A stretch of DNA of 23,645 bases from Verrucomicrobiales bacterium. GTDB taxonomy: Bacteria; Verrucomicrobiota; Verrucomicrobiia; Verrucomicrobiales; V1-33. Every line of letters begins with the position of its first letter. Positions within the stretch are counted from its first letter, which is position 1. Positions 17,189-23,645 of this stretch are shown here, piece after piece. Location of the stretch: positions 1-23,645 of the forward strand of contig JANOAV010000054.1 of NCBI GenBank assembly GCA_031411295.1. The letters are read 5' to 3'. The translations under genes were made by a program, and so were the position numbers. The notes beneath the pieces are model-generated. The model worked only from the letters and a program-made list of their open reading frames with translations. It had not been told where the DNA came from and did no database searches.

Positions 17189-17250
17189 CTGAAAGCGTCC
17201 CGTGTTCATTTCTCGTCTTGCCATTCAGGCATCTGTCATTAGTTTAGGGC

Positions 17251-17817
17251 ATGGATATTGAAATGACCCTTTTGGAGACAGACGAAGCCATGAGTAGCTC
17301 CGTCGAGTTCATGATTCACGAGTTTTCCACCGTGCGGACTGGTAAAGCCAGCCCCGCCTTGGTGGAGGGCATCGATATTTATGTGCACAGCTACGGCTCC
17401 AGCATGAAGTTGAAACAGTTGGCCATGATCACCACGCCGGAGCCGCGCTTGATTATGCTGCAACCATTCGATGCGTCCACCACGCAGGACATCGAGCGGG
17501 GGATTCGCGAATCCAAACTGGGCATCAACCCCAATGTAAACGGCAAAATCATTCGCTTGCCGGTGCCGGAATTAACCGGAGAGCGGCGGCGGGACATGGT
17601 CAAAATGCTTAAAGGGATGGGGGAAGACTCCAAAGTGCGCATCCGGGGGATCCGCCGGGATGCGGTGGAAGCCGCCCGCAAGGCCCAGAAAGACAAGCAA
17701 ATCACCGAGGATGATCTCCACGGGATGGAAGATGAAATCCAGAAGCTAACCGACAAATGGATTAAGGACATCGACCAGCATTTGGTGAAGAAGGAAGCGG
17801 AGATTCTGGCGGTCTAG
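17251..17817 (+). CDS. frr: ribosome recycling factor
   Basis: VRTGKASPALVE, IQPFD-like LQPFD, LGINPNVNGKIIRLPVPELTGERR, IRGIRRDA, ITEDD, EIQKLTD, KKEAEILAV. Confidence 0.98.
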   Translation: MDIEMTLLETDEAMSSSVEFMIHEFSTVRTGKASPALVEGIDIYVHSYGSSMKLKQLAMITTPEPRLIMLQPFDASTTQDIERGIRESKLGINPNVNGKIIRLPVPELTGERRRDMVKMLKGMGEDSKVRIRGIRRDAVEAARKAQKDKQITEDDLHGMEDEIQKLTDKWIKDIDQHLVKKEAEILAV

Positions 17818-17823
17818 GGAGCT

Positions 17824-18537
17824 ATGGAAACACGTTTCCCGCACACCGATTATCTTGATCTAACCCACGCCACCGGCCATGAAGCCCTGTGGGAAAATCA
17901 TGTGGGGCCGGTCTGGGGCCTGCTGCCGAAGCTCAACCCACATTTGTTGAAACTCCTGTCCCTCCATGGAGCAGGAAATAACGGCACCATCCGCGGGCAG
18001 GCTTACATCGGGGAGAACGTTTATATTGGCAAAGGCACGATCATTTCTCATGGCGTCTCCATTGCGGGACCGGCCTGGATCGGGGAGAACTGTTACTTGG
18101 CCCCGGGATGTTATGTGCGGGAGAACACCATCATGGCCAACCATGTCATTGCGGGCAATGCCAGCGAATTCAAAAATTGCCTCATCCTCGACTACGCGGA
18201 AATCCCCCATTGGAACTACGTGGGCGACTCCATCCTAGGCTACAAGGCCCACTTGGGAGCCGGGGTCATCCTCTCAAATTATCGCCTCGACCATGGTCGC
18301 ATCCCAGTGCTGGATCCTGACGTTCCTGGCAGCAAGATCGAGACCGGGCTGGATAAATTTGGTGCTATTATCGGGGACCATGTGGACATCGGCAGCAACG
18401 CGGTGATCAGCCCGGGCAGCCTCATCGGTCGTCGCAGCATGATTTATCCCCTAACCCATTGGTGCGGCGTCATGCCGGCTGACCGGATCCTCAAATCTCG
18501 TCAAAGCACCCAACTCATCGAACGTCGCCCGGGCTAA
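17824..18537 (+). CDS. hexapeptide-repeat (left-handed beta-helix) acyltransferase, similar to the C-terminal domain of GlmU-like sugar-1-phosphate enzymes
   Basis: IAGPAWIGENC, GNASEFKNCLI, HWNYVGDSILG..AHLGAGVILSN, KFGAIIGD; no nucleotidyltransferase domain. Confidence 0.85.
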   Translation: METRFPHTDYLDLTHATGHEALWENHVGPVWGLLPKLNPHLLKLLSLHGAGNNGTIRGQAYIGENVYIGKGTIISHGVSIAGPAWIGENCYLAPGCYVRENTIMANHVIAGNASEFKNCLILDYAEIPHWNYVGDSILGYKAHLGAGVILSNYRLDHGRIPVLDPDVPGSKIETGLDKFGAIIGDHVDIGSNAVISPGSLIGRRSMIYPLTHWCGVMPADRILKSRQSTQLIERRPG

Positions 18538-18579
18538 GCAAGTTGGCCTTCGGGCTTCGGCCGAATGGCACTTGCTTAG
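18534..18579. terminator. stem-loop overlapping the stop codon, between convergent genes
   Basis: CTAAGCAAGT...GCC.TTCGG / CCGAA.GGC.ACTTGCTTAG inverted repeat. There is no U-tract, so a terminator role is uncertain. Confidence 0.45.
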
Positions 18580-18585
18580 ACTAAC

Positions 18586-18699
18586 TCATACCGCGTAGTC
18601 TAGGGCTTGAGCCCGTCAATTCCTTCGCCGTGAATCAGACGCGTGGATCCGCCCAGGGCATGTCTGCGGGCTGAAGCCCAGGACTACTTCATACCGCGT
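18586..18699. repeat. GTAG-type REP doublet (REPIN) flanked by direct repeats
   Basis: GTAGTCTAGGGCTTGAGCCCG (18595-18615) inverted to CGGGCTGAAGCCCAGGACTAC (18667-18687), 18/21; TCATACCGC at 18586-18594 and 18689-18697. Confidence 0.85.
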
Positions 18700-18701
18700 G
18701 G

Positions 18702-20003
18702 CTACCTCTTAGAGTTCAACATTTGGAATTGATTCCGCATTTTGTAGCTCATGAGAGTGATAGCGCGCTCCATGCCGCCGGCTGCGAATCGGCCCAGTTG
18801 CAGGTCGGTCAGGGATTGTTTGGCAATGTCGTTCGTCTCCGCTTTGAGGGCTAGCAAGTTCATCATGGATTGCTCCTGCTCACGGGTTAGGATTTCCAAT
18901 CGGGCGACGAAGACGCGATCCAGTTCGGTGGGTGGCGGGGAGATCTTCAGCGGCACCATGGCATCGGCAAAGGACTGTGGCAGCAAGGCCAGGACGCGGA
19001 TGCCGGGTTCGGTGAACCAAAGATCATCCCAGGTGGCGACCATGGCGGCGGCTTCGGCAGGCGTTAGGCCTTCTTTGATTAGCGCTGCCACCATGGTGCT
19101 GCGGAGTGCTGGGATCGCCTCGGCGGTGGCGGTGGTGGCGGCCGGAAATTGCAGGGTTTGTCGATGCAGAAATTGGTGGGTTTCCTGGTCGTATTTCGCC
19201 TGCTGAAGATTCTCCATGGTCAGCCAGGAAGTTTGGCCCTGCTTGACGCGCAGCGCCAGCAGCTTGGGAACGGTGGCTTCGGCAACATTTGAGACCACAA
19301 AACTTCCCGGCTCGCTGCCAGCCTCAACGCGGATTTGGAAGCCTCCAGGATTGCCTGCTCCTCGATAGAAAATAAAGTGATCGATGGGTTCAATCTTGGC
19401 CGCTACTGGCTTGGCAGCATCGGCCACGTTGACGGACTCGATGAGTGGTCGGGCCGCTGGTGGCTGCGCGGTGGCATTGCGGTAGAGCCAGGCTTCGGGG
19501 ACGTTGCGGGCGGCGGCATAGTGTCGGCCAGCTGGGCCAGGGGCTGCGGGGACTTTCGCCAACGCTGGTGAGGCCGGAGGCAACAAATGTCCTTTCCAAT
19601 AGGATTCGCCCGTGGCGGTGGTGACCGCAGGCGGGAAGACCTCCGTAATCCGACCGTTGGGAAAACCCGCCGTCACGCTGACATCCATTTCCTGCTCGGC
19701 ATAGAAATAGAGCACGGGCGTCTCCATGCGCACGGTATCCATCATCGCTAAGGTTCCTACTCCGCTCTTGCCAGCGCGCGTATAGTTTCGCTGCACGAAC
19801 GAGGGTAGATCCACCAGATTCTCTGGGGACTGATACCAGTTAATGACATTGCCGTCCGAGCCCTGGAGCACCGTGAACGTGCCCCACTCATGGACTTTGA
19901 GTCTGGGCGTGGCGCTGGCGTTCTCTTGGGCGAACAAGCCTGAGAAATTGGCAACACTGGCGAAGGCCAGCGTAATGACTGCGATGCGAGGTGTAAGCTT
20001 CAT
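18702..20003 (-). CDS. secreted conserved hypothetical protein (VHEWGTF / VRMETPVLYFY type)
   Basis: Signal peptide from ATG 20003, 4 nt after the ECF stop; motifs VHEWGTFT, VRMETPVLYFY, FIFYRGAG, GLTPAEAAAMVATW, RVFVARLE. Confidence 0.8.
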   Translation of the reverse strand: MKLTPRIAVITLAFASVANFSGLFAQENASATPRLKVHEWGTFTVLQGSDGNVINWYQSPENLVDLPSFVQRNYTRAGKSGVGTLAMMDTVRMETPVLYFYAEQEMDVSVTAGFPNGRITEVFPPAVTTATGESYWKGHLLPPASPALAKVPAAPGPAGRHYAAARNVPEAWLYRNATAQPPAARPLIESVNVADAAKPVAAKIEPIDHFIFYRGAGNPGGFQIRVEAGSEPGSFVVSNVAEATVPKLLALRVKQGQTSWLTMENLQQAKYDQETHQFLHRQTLQFPAATTATAEAIPALRSTMVAALIKEGLTPAEAAAMVATWDDLWFTEPGIRVLALLPQSFADAMVPLKISPPPTELDRVFVARLEILTREQEQSMMNLLALKAETNDIAKQSLTDLQLGRFAAGGMERAITLMSYKMRNQFQMLNSKR

Positions 20004-20007
20004 GATG

Positions 20008-21996
20008 TTAGGGTTTGGTTGGTGGTGATTTTTGCAACCGAACGACCCGCTCTGCGGGCCAGCCGGATTTTCCCAAAAAGGTGCTGGCCGCAGCGGCATC
20101 GCGTGCGTTCCAGTTCGTATAAACGTGGTCGATGGCGTTCTCCCGCACGCTGGCATCGGACACGGTCTCGGCCCAGCGCAGGGCGCTCTCTGGATCCAAA
20201 TCCGCCACTTGGCGGGCGAAGGTCATCCGGGCGGTGTCGCTGGTGGGGCCGGGAGGATGTTGTTTCAGCCAGGTTCCAGCGGCATTGGCGTCCTGCTGCG
20301 CCCAGACGTTGATGATCTTCACCAAGGTATCCGGTCCGGGGGCCTGCGCCAACCACCAGTCTGCCGCTTGCTGGGGGTGAGACTGCAACCAGGTTAGGCC
20401 AAGACTGTCCATGAGTCGGGTGCGTTCCCAAGCTGGCTCCGCCTTGGCGACGTAGGCCGCGGCGGCTTCAGGATGCTGGCCCGCCCATTGCTCCACGGTC
20501 GCGCGGCGGGCTTGGACGCGGATTTCGTCGTCGTTGATGGCAGTAACGAGAGCGAAAATTCGCTCGCGGTCGGCATCGGTTTGGACGATTTCCAAGATTC
20601 CCCGCAAGGCCTGACCGCGGTCGTTGGGGTTGGAAATTCCGCCTAATTTTGCGAAGGCATCCGGTAGGTTGTTGCGGGCCAAGGTGCGGAAAAGTGTGGC
20701 CGTAACGCGCTCCCCCACGGGTTGGAAGTTCGCGCTGCCGGTCTTGCTGGCCATCTGCACAACTGCGTTAGGATCTTTGGCCGCGATCACATTTAACATG
20801 CCTTGCCGAACGTCGAAACGATTCGCTTCCGGGTGTGCACTGGTCCATGCCAGAGCCGCAGTGGGATCCGTTTCCGCCCAGAGATTGAGCAGGTTCGTAG
20901 TCAGCAGAGAACGCACTTCGGTTTGCGTGATGGTTTCCACTCTAGTAAGAGCAGCGGGAAGGTCCCTAGGCGAAATTTGCATGAGAAAACTCAGCGCCTT
21001 GCTGGTGGCAGCCACGCCTTGACTATTCCTCCAGGCCGCCGCCGCCGCATCCACGAGGGAGACCGTGTCCAAGGCAGGTGCTACTGCGACTGGCTTGGAC
21101 TGCGCGGCATGCGGCTCAGGGGTCGGGTCTGAAGGATTTGTCCGGGCGACTACTGTAGCCCCGCTAGTCGCAGGTGTCGTTGCGGATGGCTGCACCAGAG
21201 CGTGCCCCGCCACCACTGCGACTACGATTGCTGTTAGCGCCAGCGCTCCAGTTTGCAGCCGGGCTGCCGTTGTTAGTCCACTCAGAGCCGCTCCCAAGGT
21301 GCGGCCACCGGTTGCGGCGGCCGCCAAGGCGTTCGTGGAAATTTCTCCGGCCAATGCGGCAGGCGCGCTGCCCAGCGCATGAAGCGCCAGCATCGATGCC
21401 AAGGCACCGCCGGAAGTTGCCACACCGCGGCGCGTCAGGAGTTGGTGTAACTTCTCCAACGCCCGGCTCACACGCTTCTGGGCGGAATCATCCGTGAGTC
21501 CCAGCGCCTGCCCGATGGTGCGGAAATCTTTCTGCTCAAAGTAGCGCAACACCAGCGCATCCCGATCTGCGGCTGGCAAGGTGTCCATGGCGGCATCCAG
21601 CAGCGGAGCGGTGGCGCTCCATTGGTCGGCTTCGGGGTCGAGTGTCGTTGCAGCATTCATCTCATTCATCGTTGCCGCCACGTGTTCTCGGTCGCGTCGG
21701 CGGCGTTCGGCAGCGACCATTTTTGAAGCCACAAATCCGGTGTGGCGGTGCAACCACCCTCCCACCGGCATCTGCGCGGGAATCCGTCCCGCCTTGCTGG
21801 CAAAATCCGCGAACACCATCTGCGTCACATCCTGGGCCAAGGCATGTTCACCATTAACCCGACGCAAGGCTGCAGAGAAAACCGGAGGCAAATGCCGCCG
21901 CACCAATTCTGCGAACGCTACCGCCGATGCCTGCTCAGCATAACGCCGCAGCAACTCTCGGTCCGTGATTTCGTTGATGGTGGATTCGTTTTGCAT
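20008..21996 (-). CDS. ECF sigma factor with transmembrane segment and long C-terminal helical-repeat extension
   Basis: DRELLRRY..AFAELVRRH..VFSAALRR..AQDVTQMVF..GWLHR; DRDALVLRYFE..IGQALG..AQKRVSRALEKL; hydrophobic segment near aa 250-268; W...DP.AA..W repeats. Confidence 0.92.
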   Translation of the reverse strand: MQNESTINEITDRELLRRYAEQASAVAFAELVRRHLPPVFSAALRRVNGEHALAQDVTQMVFADFASKAGRIPAQMPVGGWLHRHTGFVASKMVAAERRRRDREHVAATMNEMNAATTLDPEADQWSATAPLLDAAMDTLPAADRDALVLRYFEQKDFRTIGQALGLTDDSAQKRVSRALEKLHQLLTRRGVATSGGALASMLALHALGSAPAALAGEISTNALAAAATGGRTLGAALSGLTTAARLQTGALALTAIVVAVVAGHALVQPSATTPATSGATVVARTNPSDPTPEPHAAQSKPVAVAPALDTVSLVDAAAAAWRNSQGVAATSKALSFLMQISPRDLPAALTRVETITQTEVRSLLTTNLLNLWAETDPTAALAWTSAHPEANRFDVRQGMLNVIAAKDPNAVVQMASKTGSANFQPVGERVTATLFRTLARNNLPDAFAKLGGISNPNDRGQALRGILEIVQTDADRERIFALVTAINDDEIRVQARRATVEQWAGQHPEAAAAYVAKAEPAWERTRLMDSLGLTWLQSHPQQAADWWLAQAPGPDTLVKIINVWAQQDANAAGTWLKQHPPGPTSDTARMTFARQVADLDPESALRWAETVSDASVRENAIDHVYTNWNARDAAAASTFLGKSGWPAERVVRLQKSPPTKP

Positions 21997-22008
21997 ACGG
22001 TTCTAAAT

Positions 22009-22039
22009 ATAGAACAGACCGGGCTGGGAAATCCGACAA
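22009..22039 (-). promoter_or_regulatory. putative ECF-dependent (autoregulatory) promoter TTGTCGGATTT-N12-TGTTCTAT
   Basis: Lies 12 nt upstream of the ECF ATG; identical boxes and spacing recur at 22773-22803. Confidence 0.75.
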
Positions 22040-22079
22040 TTATTGTAAGAAAATTTACCAAGCGTGTGGGCACCGTCGC

Positions 22080-22730
22080 TCAGCGTTCCGGCAGCTTCAT
22101 GGGTTTTCCCACGGCGGCATTGCACACTGCGCATTCAGTCAGGTCCACGTAAGCCGGAGCAGCTTGCGCAACCCCGAAGCTAGCCCCGTGTTCCTTTTTG
22201 CGAAAACTCTCCAGCATTTTCATCCCCTCCTCGCGTTTGAGTTCCAACTGCTTCGTGAGGGCTTGACGCTCCTCGACGGAAAGGCGCAGGGATTTCATCC
22301 GACGCTCCAGCCAGGACTTCACCAGGGTATTGATCACCTTGAGCCGCTGCACTGGATCCTTGCTGTAGAGCTGCTCGTGGAGTGCTGGTGCGAGGCCTGG
22401 ACCAAAGGTGGAGCTGAGACGTTTCAGCCCATAGAAACCAGCCGGACGGGCCTGGTAAGCCTCCAGCGCCCAGATGGTCGCATTGCAAACCGGGCAGGCG
22501 TAGATGAAGTGGAAATAGGCTTCCTGCTCCCGTTTCATAAGGATTTGCGCGACGTCCTCATTGGTGAGCCCATCCTCGTAGAGTCCTTCCAACACGCTGT
22601 GGAAGATGAACCGCGTTGCTTCATCCATGCCATCAGATGGAGCCACTTCGGCCGCCCGCAGCGGGGGTGAAGCAATGGGCGCGACAAGCGCGATAACCGC
22701 AAGCAAGAGGTAGAGAATTTGTGATTTCAT
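22080..22730 (-). CDS. exported hypothetical protein with two CxxC motifs
   Basis: Signal peptide MKSQILYLLLAVIALVAPIASPPLRA; CPVC and CAVC motifs. ATG 22730 preferred because the TTG at 22781 lies inside the promoter motif. Confidence 0.75.
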   Translation of the reverse strand: MKSQILYLLLAVIALVAPIASPPLRAAEVAPSDGMDEATRFIFHSVLEGLYEDGLTNEDVAQILMKREQEAYFHFIYACPVCNATIWALEAYQARPAGFYGLKRLSSTFGPGLAPALHEQLYSKDPVQRLKVINTLVKSWLERRMKSLRLSVEERQALTKQLELKREEGMKMLESFRKKEHGASFGVAQAAPAYVDLTECAVCNAAVGKPMKLPER

Positions 22731-22772
22731 AGGAATTTGGTTTTTCAGAGCAGAGATGAGTGGCTTTGAAAG

Positions 22773-22803
22773 ATAGAACAAACTGCGATGATAAATCCGA
22801 CAA
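22773..22803 (-). promoter_or_regulatory. second copy of the putative ECF promoter TTGTCGGATTT-N12-TGTTCTAT
   Basis: 19/19 identity in both boxes with 22009-22039 and a different spacer; 42 nt upstream of ATG 22730. Confidence 0.75.
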
Positions 22804-22912
22804 ATAATTTGCGGAAACTTTTTGGGCTCTGGTGATTCACAAACGTGGCGGGATGCCTCGCTTGAAAGCGGCCTCCAACGGATGTTCCCAATCTCGGTCA
22901 GGATGCCCGAGT

Positions 22913-23533
22913 CTAACGCCCCGAGCGGCGGCGGCGGGTTTCGCGCATGAGTCCCAGGAAGATCAAGCCAGCAGCAGAGAAGCAGGCCGCAGGCTCTGGC
23001 ACCGGCACTAACTCACCACTGGGGAGGAAGCCTGCGCCTCCGTTGTCTATCAAGCCACTACCGGGCCCGGTGTAGAAATGGATGCCGCTCAAATCGCCAG
23101 CGGTTAGTCCGTGGGCGGCAAAGATGAGTTTGTCCGTTCCGCTCATCCAGCGCGCGCCGTCATAGTTCCAGATGCTGAGGATGCCGGTCCACATGGCGGT
23201 GTTGGCGAACGTTAACTGTCCATCGCCATTGGCGAAATCGATCACGTTGATGCCGGTCGTTTGACTAAGCACAGCACCGGAATTGGTGAAGCCACCCGTC
23301 GCTAGCGTCGCTCCGCTCAGAGTTACGTTGGAGGCGCTGGAAAGGGCTCCGGTGGCTGCCAGCAACAACGTGCCCCCGGTGAGCTTGGTGGCTCCGGTGT
23401 AGGTGTTAGTGCCGCTAAATGTTTGCTTGCCGCTGCCTTGCTTGGTCAGACCGGTGGGGCCTGAAATCGCACCGCTGAAAATTTGGTCAGACTCATCTCC
23501 GAAGCTAAGAACCTGTCCGGCAAATAAACTTAA
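22913..23533 (-). pseudogene. 3' part of a PEP-CTERM protein with autotransporter-associated beta-strand repeat, interrupted by an IS5-like element
   Basis: Frame open from 23533: ...IFSGAISGPTGLTKQGSGKQTFSGTNTYTGATKLTGGTLLL...; C-terminal VPEP, hydrophobic helix and RRRR. There is no start or signal peptide because the frame begins at the IS junction. Confidence 0.85.
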
Positions 23534-23645
23534 CAGCCATAATGGGATTACTTAGTGAGGCGTCTGACGGCGAAGCCGATCATGGCGAGATAGACAAAGG
23601 CTTCGTGGTGACTGGGTTTGCGCTCGTGGTCGCGCACGAGGCGGC
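23534..23645 (-). mobile_element. IS5-family (IS1031-like) insertion sequence, 3' end (partial transposase, stop at 23550-23548)
   Basis: Minus strand RLVRDHERKPSHHEAFVYLAMIGFAVRRLTK* matches the IS5 C-terminal 'RRL.+DYER.....EA.+YLA.I....RRL' pattern; a TTA trinucleotide at 23533-23531 fits a 3-bp target. Confidence 0.82.

Noticed and set aside
17824..18537. assigning the symbol glmU
   Set aside because: The N-terminal uridylyltransferase domain is absent and the substrate cannot be determined from sequence.

Overview
GC-rich bacterial window whose gene content (DUF1549/1553-DUF1501 module, planctomycete-type cytochrome c/WD40 protein, PEP-CTERM protein, extended ECF sigma factors) points to the PVC superphylum, most likely Verrucomicrobia (inference). 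Both ends run into insertion sequences that each interrupt a gene: an IS630-like 3' end cuts a zinc-ribbon (probable Ser/Thr kinase) gene on the left, and an IS5-like 3' end cuts a PEP-CTERM gene on the right. Positions ~2.8-9.7 kb are an accessory patch with a membrane protein gene, an intact Y1 HUH (RAYT-like) transposase, a Ser/Thr kinase-TPR protein, a truncated kinase tail and a decayed IS91-family (Y2 HUH) transposase missing its catalytic core. Then come a four-gene DUF1549/1553-DUF1501-PPC-cytochrome c/WD40 operon, a SHOCT gene, frr, a hexapeptide-repeat transferase and an ECF sigma cluster with a duplicated promoter motif. The most notable non-coding structure is three co-oriented copies of an IS91-type oriIS, two without any IS91 transposase and next to orphan membrane genes, plus a non-palindromic TGTCTTT(AT) motif that is tandemly repeated upstream of the Y1 transposase and recurs at junctions of accessory DNA. 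Several REP/REPIN-like palindromes are present, some in frame inside ORFs. All family calls come from motif recognition by eye; no searches were run.
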